Assembly (NCBI GenBank): GCA_048939015.1
Contig: JBHLPW010000066.1
Coordinates: 1 to 24,591, forward strand
Direction of reading: 5' to 3'
Length of the DNA stretch: 24,591 bases
From: Promethearchaeota archaeon
GTDB taxonomy: Archaea; Asgardarchaeota; Lokiarchaeia; Sigyniarchaeales; SOKP01
Shown here: in pieces, positions 1 to 8,921 of the stretch
Layout of the letters: the number at the start of each line of letters is the position of its first letter
Numbering within the stretch: the first letter of the stretch is position 1
Program-made: the position numbers and the translations under genes
The notes under the pieces: model-generated
The model's database searches: none
What the model saw: the letters and a program-made list of their open reading frames with translations, nothing else
What the model was told of the DNA's origin: nothing

Positions 1-228
1 TATTGACTGGTATAAATTCATATTCATCTTAGAATTTGATGAAAATTGAATTTATATTAATTTAATATATTAGATCAATAAGTAAAATTAAGGTATTATA
101 TATTTGAACAGGAATGAAAATCTATCATTAGAAAATTCATGATCACCAATTAATTAAATAAGAAATTTGAACTGATAATTTATGAAAAAGAATTTAAAAT
201 TAAGAATTAAAATGGAGTTGAAATAATA

Positions 229-522
229 ATGGAAGAATTTAAACCCATAAGCAATACAGAGCTTGAGGAATTAATTTCAAAAATTCTCTGTAGTAAGTTC
301 GGATTCTGTCCTACAGAAACAGAAATAGAAAACACCCAAACACCGAATAAATGTGTTCCCGTTTTAAAAGTCGGAGAAAATTACATTCAATATGATCCCT
401 CACGGAATGCATACAAAGTCTGGGCAAAAGACGGAACATATTTTGGTATTGCGAAGAGTAAAAGCGATGCTTGTCGGAATCTTGAACCGTATAAAGACGG
501 AAAATATTATGGATTAAAATAA
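229..522 (+). CDS. Small hypothetical protein, weak resemblance to BECR-fold (colicin E3/Ntox21-like) RNase toxin domains
   Basis: 97-aa ATG ORF preceded by GGAG. Segment FGF...PVLKVGENYIQYD...AYKVWAKDGTYFG recalls the beta-meander of colicin E3/Ntox21 tips, but the expected His after the Asp is absent. Confidence 0.55.
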   Translation: MEEFKPISNTELEELISKILCSKFGFCPTETEIENTQTPNKCVPVLKVGENYIQYDPSRNAYKVWAKDGTYFGIAKSKSDACRNLEPYKDGKYYGLK

Positions 523-555
523 ATGAATAGAAATCTATAATATGAGGTAGGGGAA

Positions 556-3369
556 ATGCCAGATGATGATAACGACCTGCCAGATATTGATGAGGATGAT
601 ATAGTTTACTTTCGCCATGATAATCCAAATAATGAAAAATCTAATTTAACAGAAGATTCTTTTAATGATAATTTACCGAATATAGCCCCAAATGATATAG
701 CATACTTTCGTAATAATAGTTCCGACAATTCTTATCCTAATATAGATCCTAAAGAAATCACATATTTTCCAACAAGCTCAAGACTGTCAAAATCTAAAAT
801 TGTTCCATCAGAAAGAGATAATACAAGAGCTCAAAAAAAACAAAAATATGTTGAGGAAAAATGCGAGGGTTTAATTAATGAAGATATTGATATAAATCAA
901 AAAGAAATATATTCTTCCATGAATAGTGAAATGAGTAATAAGAAATTTCAAGTGGAATATGATACAGGAGACTTAATTTCAAAAATAATTGAAAAGAAAG
1001 AAATTTTAGAAGAATTTATAAATTTTAATCAGAATTTAGATATGACGAAATTTGGTTTTCCAGAAGAAAAAATTCTGATAGAAAAAGAAATTTTAAATAG
1101 ATTCTATAGAGAATGTACAGAAAAAGATCCAAATATTGCAGAAATTTTCTTAGATATAGTGCGCCCTTTATCGAAAGGAAATAGTATCTCCTTAAAAGAA
1201 TTTAAAAAAATAGAAAGTCTATTAGGTAAAGAAGTTCCACATAAGAAAATAATTGGTAAGAAGAATCAAGTTTGCATAGAAGCCAATAAATCTAATGAGA
1301 TATCAGAATTATTAGGTCTTATTTGGGGGAGAGGACGTATTGATATAAAACATCCTAGATATGATTTACTTATCTATTTAAAGGGAATCCATAAAGATCC
1401 TATATTTATTACATATTTAAAAAATATTCTTATGAAAGCTTTAAAAGTAAATGAAAATAAGATACAGATTAATCCCAATAAAGAATACCTTAGATTGAGT
1501 GGTAAAGTTATAATATATGAGTTATTAAGATATGGAATTTTCCCTAAAAAAAGTAAATATTATCATACTATCCCACTATGGATATTTGAGGATATTTTTT
1601 TTGTTTTATCCTTTTTGAAAGGTATTTTAAGTATAAATTCAATGTTCTCTTTGCGTACAATTCATGATAGTTTAATCCCACGTTATAATTTACAATTTCT
1701 TGTAAATAAGAATTCAAATAAATATCTGAAAGCTGTACAATTTCTATTTCATTTGTTTGATCTTGAAACTAATATTTATAATAATTCACTTGTAATAGAT
1801 AAAAAATCAGACTTAACTAGAATTATTAAAGAGTTTTTACCTCCTTCTATCTGGAACCTTATGAGGAATTCTTTAGAAGATTCATTAGAAGATAAAAATA
1901 CAGAATTATCAGATCTTTTAAATTATCATGAAAAAGTGTTGATATCTTATCATAGAGATTTTGCATATAATTTAATCAGTCAATTTGAGCAATTAGGTAG
2001 TTTTGAATTAGTTAATGAGCATATCGGAAAAAATGGCATTTTAGGAATTGACCGCATAATTGATTATGTAAAAAAATTTTTTAAAGAGCCTGATCTGGTG
2101 GATGTTTATGGTAACAATGCGTATATTCATTGGTATTCAAATAATAAATTAATTCATATCGGGACAGATTTGCGATCATCGAAGATTCCATTTAAAATAT
2201 TAAAAATTATACTCTGTGAGATTTATGAAGTTTTACTGATGAATAATTTTATAGTTAGCAATAAATTCTTAATAAATCATTTAGTAGATTTTTTTACCAC
2301 ATCTGAATTATTTAAATTTCATAATACTGAAATTCCAAAAATTCTAAGATTTGGGAGAATTTCTTATTTATTGAAAAAAAAACCATCAAAGAAACTATTA
2401 ATTGAATTTTTTGATAATATCATTAAATTTGTTAGAAAAATTCAAACCATTAATGAATTGGGATATACAACATCATATACAAAACTAGCAGAAGAATTTA
2501 ATATAATATTCTATCATCACCAGCAAATTAAAGAAATTATTGACGATTTAAACAATGTTTTTAATATAAAACTAAAAATTCGTAAACAGAATAAATATGG
2601 AAAATATAAATGGACATTAAATTTAATTTTTAAATGGAATTATAAAAATTTCCATAAAATTAACAATAATTTACTAAAAAGGAACTTAGGAGAAATACTT
2701 AATATAGTTGAAAATGGGAACTATGGTGATGAGATATTTGAATTAAGAAATCCTTCTTGCTCGCAATTCTATATTAAGGGTGATATTTCACATCATTTAA
2801 TGGATAACAAGATTAATCATTATAATGATCAGATGATTGATAAAAAGATTATTCTTACTGATCAGTTTTCAGAGTTAGGTAGAAAGCTTGTAAATTATGT
2901 TAATTTATCAAGTATTCATTATAGAGATAATGAAAAAGCATTTAGTGAAAAAGGCAATAGAGTTATTCATGATTATTTACAATCATATATTAGAGAGAGA
3001 GATAATAATATTATTGTTACTGAGTTATTAATATGGCTACCTATTAATAATCCGTCCATTAATGCTGATTATATTTATGGGCATATAGACTTTTTATTTT
3101 ATTTTAATAATACTCTTTATGTTTGTGACTATAAACCATTAGATAAGAATTTTTTTAGATCCCTTCCGCAAGTATGCCTATATGGATTGGTTTTAGAGAA
3201 AATGTTAAATATTTCTAGTATAAAAATAAAATGCATCACATTTAATCAAGAGCAGTCTTGGGAGTTTTCTCCCTCAATTCTTAATACCCATGTTAAAGAA
3301 ATAATCAAAAAGATACAAAAAATTAATCCTAGTGTTAAAATGGAGTGGAATCAATATACAAAATTTTAA
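556..3369 (+). CDS. Multidomain protein: N-terminal repeats, degenerate LAGLIDADG-like domain, C-terminal PD-(D/E)XK (RecB/Cas4-like) nuclease
   Basis: 937-aa ORF after GAGGT/GGGG. ISELLGLIWGRG (aa ~249) and FLKGILSINS (aa ~353) resemble the two LAGLIDADG helices. The C-terminus has H...E...GHIDFL...VCDYKP...PQVCLYG (PD-(D/E)XK plus QxxxY). Confidence 0.75.
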   Translation: MPDDDNDLPDIDEDDIVYFRHDNPNNEKSNLTEDSFNDNLPNIAPNDIAYFRNNSSDNSYPNIDPKEITYFPTSSRLSKSKIVPSERDNTRAQKKQKYVEEKCEGLINEDIDINQKEIYSSMNSEMSNKKFQVEYDTGDLISKIIEKKEILEEFINFNQNLDMTKFGFPEEKILIEKEILNRFYRECTEKDPNIAEIFLDIVRPLSKGNSISLKEFKKIESLLGKEVPHKKIIGKKNQVCIEANKSNEISELLGLIWGRGRIDIKHPRYDLLIYLKGIHKDPIFITYLKNILMKALKVNENKIQINPNKEYLRLSGKVIIYELLRYGIFPKKSKYYHTIPLWIFEDIFFVLSFLKGILSINSMFSLRTIHDSLIPRYNLQFLVNKNSNKYLKAVQFLFHLFDLETNIYNNSLVIDKKSDLTRIIKEFLPPSIWNLMRNSLEDSLEDKNTELSDLLNYHEKVLISYHRDFAYNLISQFEQLGSFELVNEHIGKNGILGIDRIIDYVKKFFKEPDLVDVYGNNAYIHWYSNNKLIHIGTDLRSSKIPFKILKIILCEIYEVLLMNNFIVSNKFLINHLVDFFTTSELFKFHNTEIPKILRFGRISYLLKKKPSKKLLIEFFDNIIKFVRKIQTINELGYTTSYTKLAEEFNIIFYHHQQIKEIIDDLNNVFNIKLKIRKQNKYGKYKWTLNLIFKWNYKNFHKINNNLLKRNLGEILNIVENGNYGDEIFELRNPSCSQFYIKGDISHHLMDNKINHYNDQMIDKKIILTDQFSELGRKLVNYVNLSSIHYRDNEKAFSEKGNRVIHDYLQSYIRERDNNIIVTELLIWLPINNPSINADYIYGHIDFLFYFNNTLYVCDYKPLDKNFFRSLPQVCLYGLVLEKMLNISSIKIKCITFNQEQSWEFSPSILNTHVKEIIKKIQKINPSVKMEWNQYTKF
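577..768 (+). repeat. Three in-frame peptide repeats [LY]P[DN]IxxxxIxYF
   Basis: LPDIDEDDIVYF (aa 8-19), LPNIAPNDIAYF (aa 40-51), YPNIDPKEITYF (aa 60-71). Confidence 0.8.
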
Positions 3370-3911
3370 TTCTTTTTAGATTCTGGATTGTTACAAATGA
3401 AAGGCGTACTAAGTTAGAAATACTTACAAATGAAAAATTAGTGAGTATACTTGATTTCATTAAAGAAAATCCCGGTATACATGCAAGAGATGAAAAAATT
3501 GAGGTTGAATTAAATATAACAAGAACACCATTTTTGAAACATGTAATGACCCTAGAGCGATTTAAATTAATAAGATCTAAAAAAATTGGTAAAACCCTTC
3601 ACTATTTTCTTAGTGATGTACCAGAAGATTATGATAAATACAAAATAATCTTTTTAAATCCCTTAATTCCTAATTTACTAGAACAATTATTCAAGGAGGA
3701 CTCAATAACTGTGTCAAAAATGGCTGAGATTCTGGATATGTATTCTGGTACTATTTTATATCATCTAAAAAAATTAAAAGAACTTAACATTGTAAAATCT
3801 GCTAAAAATCAATCAGGGAAGAAAATTCATTTGGTTAATATTGAACTTCTTAAATTATATAATAAGTTTTTTGATGAACCTGATTTTACACAACTCCTTA
3901 AAGGACTTTAA
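3345..3911 (+). CDS. Double winged helix-turn-helix (ArsR/COG3398-like) protein, possibly 5'-truncated
   Basis: IKENPGIH...FLKHVMTLE...SKKIGKTLHYF and ITVSKMAEIL...GTILYHLKKLKELNIV form two wHTH units. The GTG start overlaps the upstream ORF by 25 nt, so the true start is uncertain. Confidence 0.75.
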   Translation: MESIYKILILFRFWIVTNERRTKLEILTNEKLVSILDFIKENPGIHARDEKIEVELNITRTPFLKHVMTLERFKLIRSKKIGKTLHYFLSDVPEDYDKYKIIFLNPLIPNLLEQLFKEDSITVSKMAEILDMYSGTILYHLKKLKELNIVKSAKNQSGKKIHLVNIELLKLYNKFFDEPDFTQLLKGL

Positions 3912-3937
3912 AGAAGTTAAGCTACTTTACATATGTA

Positions 3938-4813
3938 TTAAATTTCTTTCTTCACACTAGGTAATATATCTATTAATAATTTTATCGCTTTATCAATTCC
4001 ATTCTCCATATCTGGATGAATCTCATTTGAATTAAGTAAATCAAATTTTGAATGCCCCGGCAAGTCTGATACAGAAAGTAAAGAAATTGTTTTCAAATTA
4101 TAGAGTTTACCAAGTAAGAATAAAATGGATGATTCCATATCAATAGTGTGAATATTTATTGATTGCAGTGCACGTATGAAATCTAGACTTTCACAAAATA
4201 GAGCATCAGTGGTCCATAAATTAGTTTCTTTGATTATATTTGGAAAAAGTGTAGTACCTTTACTTAAAAATAATTTTCGAAGTTCTTTATTAGGTTTTGA
4301 TATAAAAACCGTTTGATTTCCAGTTAATAAATTTTGAAACTTCCCCATAGGATTAGAAATAGATTGTAATTCATTTACTATAGAAGGATGTTCTCTTATA
4401 TACTGAGGAGAAGTTCCCTCATCACAAAAAGTAAATTTGGGAATTATGAGATCTCCAATATTGACTGGCATGTTCTGATTCTCTATTCCTCCACATACAT
4501 CAATTCTTATAATAATTTTTGTTTTGCAACGTCTTAAAGACTCAATTGCTGTTGCGCAATTTGGTGCGCCCATTAAAGAACGAACAATACTAACTTTAAC
4601 TCCATTTAATTCCCCATTATATACTCTTCCATAATTTCTTTTATTCTGCAATTTATTCAATATTTTTTTCATTACTATTTTAATTGCAGGAAGGATTACA
4701 ATTTCATTTACATTCGACGGGCTAGTTTCAAGAAACATCCGAACGATTTTCTCATCGATCGAAATAAATTTAAGTCCTATGTTTAACAACTCGCTTTTCA
4801 TTCTATTTAACAT
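3938..4813 (-). CDS. Purine/uridine nucleoside phosphorylase (PNP_UDP_1) family protein
   Basis: YNGELNGVKVSIV..MGAP, IIRIDVCGGI, IGDLII, DEGTSPQY, WTTDALFCE, IDMESS, SVSD. Confidence 0.85.
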   Translation of the reverse strand: MLNRMKSELLNIGLKFISIDEKIVRMFLETSPSNVNEIVILPAIKIVMKKILNKLQNKRNYGRVYNGELNGVKVSIVRSLMGAPNCATAIESLRRCKTKIIIRIDVCGGIENQNMPVNIGDLIIPKFTFCDEGTSPQYIREHPSIVNELQSISNPMGKFQNLLTGNQTVFISKPNKELRKLFLSKGTTLFPNIIKETNLWTTDALFCESLDFIRALQSINIHTIDMESSILFLLGKLYNLKTISLLSVSDLPGHSKFDLLNSNEIHPDMENGIDKAIKLLIDILPSVKKEI

Positions 4814-4990
4814 TTTCGACCATTTCGCTATTTATCCTAGTTAACTAAAACCATGAATTTAGTTATATTCTAAAAGTAGTGCACTAATTAGTTCTGCACT
4901 TATAATTTTAAAGAATATAATTTAATATCTTAATAAAATACAATTATTTATATAAACTAGTGAGAATTTCGAGTTCATAGTGGTTCCTTA

Positions 4991-6283
4991 ATGAAAAACA
5001 GATATATCGTTGATAACAAAATCACCAATGAATTTGTTGAGACTTATACAAAGACTACATATAGAGTGATTGGAGAAAATAAACACTCTTCAATTAAACC
5101 ATGTCATTGGCTTGAGCAGAGACTTGCTACTGGAAGAAATAATCGTAATTGTTATAAGGGTGTATTTGGAATCCAAAGTCATCGGTGTATGCAAAATACC
5201 CCTTCACTACCTTTTTGTAACCATCAATGTGTTTTTTGTTGGAGGGATATAGAGTCTGGATCACTAGGAAGTGAGTTTGTTGTCGAACCTGATGACCCTA
5301 AGTTACTTATTGATGAAATGTTGCGACATCATAAAGATATCATAAAAAATCACTTGCCTTTAAGAAGATACCTTGATAATTACGAAATAATGATTGACAT
5401 TCTTTATTATATGCTTATAAATGGAGAAAAGGATCATAATATAAACTCGCTTGGAAATAATATTCATGTTTCAAAGAATAAAATTGAACGAGCAATCTCT
5501 CTTTTAAAAAATCAAAAATTTGTTAGGTCTACTAATCAATCATTAAATAATTTTAGATTAGATGATGATATTAAATGTTGTATTGGATCGAGAGAGGAAT
5601 TAGAAGTATTAATTAACAGATTATTAACCTCACCTGATGATATAATGCAAGCACATAGTGAAGCAATGTTACCTAATCATGCTGCGATTTCTCTAGACGG
5701 AGAACCTTTATTATATCCAAGGATTTCTGAATTTGTGGAAGAATTTAGAAATCGTCAAATGACTACATTTATTGTTACTAATGGTACGCTGCCAGAAAGG
5801 ATTGAAAAATTAGAACACTTACCTACTCAATTATATATAACACTTCCTGCCCCTAATGAACAAATTTATAAGAAAATTTGTCGACCTATGATTAGGAATG
5901 GTTGGGATAAAATATCTAATAGTTTAGACTTAGTAGAATCGCTATCGTGTAGAACATTAGTTAGATTAACAGCAGTTAATAAATTGAATATTACGGATAA
6001 ATATATTAATGACTATATAAAAATAATCGAGAAATCGAATCCAGACTTTTTTGAAATTAAAGGATTTACATTACAAGCAAGAGCATTATTAATAAGTCAA
6101 AGATTGAAAAATAATATTCCAGTTAAGGAATATTTTCCTGAATATGATTTCTTAGAAGGTTTTGCTTTAAGATTCGAGAAGTTAAGTGGATTTCCATTAA
6201 TTTATAAAAATAAACCAAGCCGAGATTTCTTATTTGCTGTAAATTGGGATAAAGAGAAGAATCCCAAGATTACTAGTCCCTAA
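4991..6283 (+). CDS. taw1: 4-demethylwyosine (imG-14) synthase, radical SAM (Taw1/TYW1)
   Basis: KPCHW, CYK and SHRC (auxiliary-cluster Cys and pyruvate-binding Lys), CNHQCVFCWR radical-SAM motif, HAAISLDGEP, TTFIVTNG, PTQLYITL, PDFFEIKG. Confidence 0.95.
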   Translation: MKNRYIVDNKITNEFVETYTKTTYRVIGENKHSSIKPCHWLEQRLATGRNNRNCYKGVFGIQSHRCMQNTPSLPFCNHQCVFCWRDIESGSLGSEFVVEPDDPKLLIDEMLRHHKDIIKNHLPLRRYLDNYEIMIDILYYMLINGEKDHNINSLGNNIHVSKNKIERAISLLKNQKFVRSTNQSLNNFRLDDDIKCCIGSREELEVLINRLLTSPDDIMQAHSEAMLPNHAAISLDGEPLLYPRISEFVEEFRNRQMTTFIVTNGTLPERIEKLEHLPTQLYITLPAPNEQIYKKICRPMIRNGWDKISNSLDLVESLSCRTLVRLTAVNKLNITDKYINDYIKIIEKSNPDFFEIKGFTLQARALLISQRLKNNIPVKEYFPEYDFLEGFALRFEKLSGFPLIYKNKPSRDFLFAVNWDKEKNPKITSP

Positions 6284-6314
6284 TAAACTATTTACAAATA
6301 TTTCTCTCTATTGG

Positions 6315-6944
6315 TTATCTTTTTGAAATTGATCTTTTTATGGTATTACTGTATTGTTCTTTAAAATCTTCTATTTCTTCGACCATCTTTTTAAAATATT
6401 CTAGCCATTTTATCTCTGCTTCATTATGAAGTCTCCAATGTTTTAAGGGAAGTATGTAGAAAGGGCTTAAATCATAAAGATAATGCGATTGAATAAACTG
6501 TTCTCCTTCATCAGCATGGATAATCATCTTTTTTCTTTTTTCTATTTGGATATCTATAAATTCTATAATTTGCTGTTTTCCATTAGTAGCTCCATAAAGT
6601 AAAATAAATGGAGTTATAGCATCAATTTCGAAGAAAAATTCCTTCATTTGACTAAGAAAATATGAAATCTGTTCATGTAATTCTTTTTTGCCTTTATTTA
6701 ATAATTTATAGATAGTTTGTTCAGGACGATTACCTTTTTGCTTAGATCCTATTTCCTTAATGAAATCTTCCTTTTCGAGTTGTTTTAATGTGTAATAAAA
6801 AGATGCATTTGTCGCTTTAATATAATGATCATAACGCCAGTCTTTTGCTAAAGCTATAAGTTCATAACCACTCATTGGTTTAGGAATTGTATTCATTACA
6901 CCTAAAATAAATGCTTTAATGGGTGTATACCTCTTTTTCGGCAT
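6315..6944 (-). CDS. PadR-family transcriptional regulator
   Basis: FILG...PMSGYEL...SFYYTLKQLEKEDFI...GNRPEQTIYKLLNKGK, with C-terminal helical EAEIKWL. Confidence 0.9.
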   Translation of the reverse strand: MPKKRYTPIKAFILGVMNTIPKPMSGYELIALAKDWRYDHYIKATNASFYYTLKQLEKEDFIKEIGSKQKGNRPEQTIYKLLNKGKKELHEQISYFLSQMKEFFFEIDAITPFILLYGATNGKQQIIEFIDIQIEKRKKMIIHADEGEQFIQSHYLYDLSPFYILPLKHWRLHNEAEIKWLEYFKKMVEEIEDFKEQYSNTIKRSISKR

Positions 6945-6980
6945 AATTTTAATTCAGATCCTTATTAATGATTATAAAAT

Positions 6981-7064
6981 TAAATATTGAAGAATATGGT
7001 TAATTTTAAATGATTAAGTTTAAATATTTAAATTTAATTATATAATAATGACGATAAATATTTA
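6981..7064. promoter_or_regulatory. Candidate operator palindromes in the divergent PadR/methyltransferase promoter
   Basis: TAAATATTTA at 7021-7030 and 7055-7064, and TAAATATTGA at 6981-6990. The region is very AT-rich, so chance occurrence is possible. Confidence 0.3.
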
Positions 7065-7087
7065 AAATTTTAGGTGAAACCTCAGAA

Positions 7088-7642
7088 ATGTTTAAGAATG
7101 ATTTAGTTCCTAAAATAATTTCAAACGATTTAATAAAAAATAATCAATCATGGAAGGATTTCATTCCTTCAATGATTTATTGGCCTGCGATTATTATTCA
7201 AATAATCTTAGTGTTTTTCTATTATAATGTTCACAATATTTATTTTCTATTTTGGATGGGATGGGTATTCATGGTTCTATTTTTGATTATTGGCAGTTTA
7301 CCTAGATCTGCTTTTCTTAAATTTGGCGAAATAAAGAAGGGAAAGAGCCATATTTATACAACAAAGTTAGTGGATAAAGGTATATATGGGATTATTAGAC
7401 ATCCTTATTGGTTATGTTGGACATTTTTAAGTATTTCATTAACGCTAATCTCTCAAAATATAATTATGTTTATTTTAGCTTTGATTGTTCTTCCAATCAT
7501 TTATTTAGAGACCTTTATGCTAGATAAAAGATTAATAAATAAATTTGGTGAAGATTATAGACAATATCAAAAAAGTGTTCCGAGGATGAATTTGATATTA
7601 GGAATTTTCAAATATATAAGAAGAAAGAGAAAGTATAATTAA
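7088..7642 (+). CDS. Isoprenylcysteine carboxyl methyltransferase / PEMT-family membrane methyltransferase
   Basis: Several TM helices, TTKLVDKGIYGIIRHPYW and FGEDYRQYQKSVPR. AGGTGA upstream. Confidence 0.88.
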   Translation: MFKNDLVPKIISNDLIKNNQSWKDFIPSMIYWPAIIIQIILVFFYYNVHNIYFLFWMGWVFMVLFLIIGSLPRSAFLKFGEIKKGKSHIYTTKLVDKGIYGIIRHPYWLCWTFLSISLTLISQNIIMFILALIVLPIIYLETFMLDKRLINKFGEDYRQYQKSVPRMNLILGIFKYIRRKRKYN

Positions 7643-7682
7643 TTTATTGAACTGAGAGATGATTTAAGAGGTTATTAGATAA

Positions 7683-8219
7683 ATGGAGAGTAATCAATAT
7701 AGGAGTAATGATAAGGGGAAAAAATTTAGAGTTGGAAATATAATCTTCACATCCATATTTACAATTTCATTTATAATTCAAATAATTCTAATGTTCTTAT
7801 TCTTTAACGAATTGGGTTTGATTATTCTTATATATATCGGATGTATTATTTGGGTTTTTAGTCTTTATTTTGGATTTATTACTATTTGGACTTTTAAGAA
7901 AAAAGGGGGAGTAGAAAAGGGGAAAAGTTATATGTATACGACAGAGTTAGTGGTTAGAGGTCCATATGCTATAGTTAGACATCCACAATATTTAGGGGGA
8001 ATCTTATTTACTATTAGTATCACATTATGGACCCAGTTATTCATAAGTTTAGTCCTTAGCATCATTATTATAATTTTGACATATCAGTGGACATATGTGG
8101 AAGATAAAAATCTTGTCGATAAATTTGGTGAAGATTACATGAAATATAAAGAAAAAGTCCCTCGATTGAATTTTATTTTGGGATTAATCAAATATAAAAC
8201 CTCTAAACAGAATTATTAA
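7683..8219 (+). CDS. Isoprenylcysteine carboxyl methyltransferase / PEMT-family membrane methyltransferase (paralog)
   Basis: TTELVVRGPYAIVRHPQYLG and EDKNLVDKFGEDYMKYKEKVPR. Confidence 0.9.
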   Translation: MESNQYRSNDKGKKFRVGNIIFTSIFTISFIIQIILMFLFFNELGLIILIYIGCIIWVFSLYFGFITIWTFKKKGGVEKGKSYMYTTELVVRGPYAIVRHPQYLGGILFTISITLWTQLFISLVLSIIIIILTYQWTYVEDKNLVDKFGEDYMKYKEKVPRLNFILGLIKYKTSKQNY

Positions 8220-8260
8220 ATTAATAAGGAGGAAGAATTCTTTAAGAATCTTTAGGAAGG

Positions 8261-8899
8261 TTACTTGACAAATTTTGTTAAATTTCTTTGAATTAGACCT
8301 TTTAATTTACCAATATTTAACTTCTTTAGAGCGGAAAATTCCAAAAATGGTATTTCTGATTCATTTTTTGAGTTATAATCATCTAAATGAATTAAATCTA
8401 AGCCATATTCTTTTGATGATTCAATAAGTAAGTTTATTACTCTTTCTTTATCCAGATTTGAAAATTTATCAACTTTATTAATAAGAATAAGAATTGGGAT
8501 TTTAAATTCACTTAGAAACTGGATCAATTCAAAACTTAGGGGGATAGTTTTCATATTTTTCAGGTAATATTTTTCAATTTCATCCTCAATTCTTAAGATA
8601 TTGATCACTATTAGTCCTAAAAAATAATCTTTATGATGTTTCTCAATATGAATTACTATTTGTTTTTTTATATGTTCTCCACGTCTACGACTTGAGTGAG
8701 TAACATATCCAAATCCAGGAAGATCAACTATTTCAAAAGGCAAATTATTTTGAGTCGATTTTTTTATCAGTAATGTGCTACCAGGAGATTTTCCAATTTT
8801 GCCTTTAAATTTTCTAGGATTTGGCATCAACAATCTAGTTATTGAACTTTTTCCTACATTAGAATTTCCAATAATTAATAGTAAAGGCTTTCGATTCAT
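8261..8899 (-). CDS. engB: GTP-binding protein EngB/YsxC family
   Basis: G1 GNSNVGKS, G2 PGST, G3 DLPGFG, G4 NKVD, G5 SAL. Confidence 0.88.
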   Translation of the reverse strand: MNRKPLLLIIGNSNVGKSSITRLLMPNPRKFKGKIGKSPGSTLLIKKSTQNNLPFEIVDLPGFGYVTHSSRRRGEHIKKQIVIHIEKHHKDYFLGLIVINILRIEDEIEKYYLKNMKTIPLSFELIQFLSEFKIPILILINKVDKFSNLDKERVINLLIESSKEYGLDLIHLDDYNSKNESEIPFLEFSALKKLNIGKLKGLIQRNLTKFVK

Positions 8900-8921
8900 T
8901 TTAGCTTAATTTAATTCCAAT

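Noticed and set aside
21-53. Possible third copy of the 40-bp repeat (gaatttgatgaaaatt)
   Set aside because: Short AT-rich match lacking the CAGAGTCTG core; compatible with chance.
311-628. 105-aa minus-strand ORF
   Set aside because: Antisense to two better-supported genes and has no motifs.
1300-1850. Intein or active homing endonuclease
   Set aside because: No Hint-domain or terminal HN-[CST] splicing motifs seen, and the catalytic acidic residues are missing.
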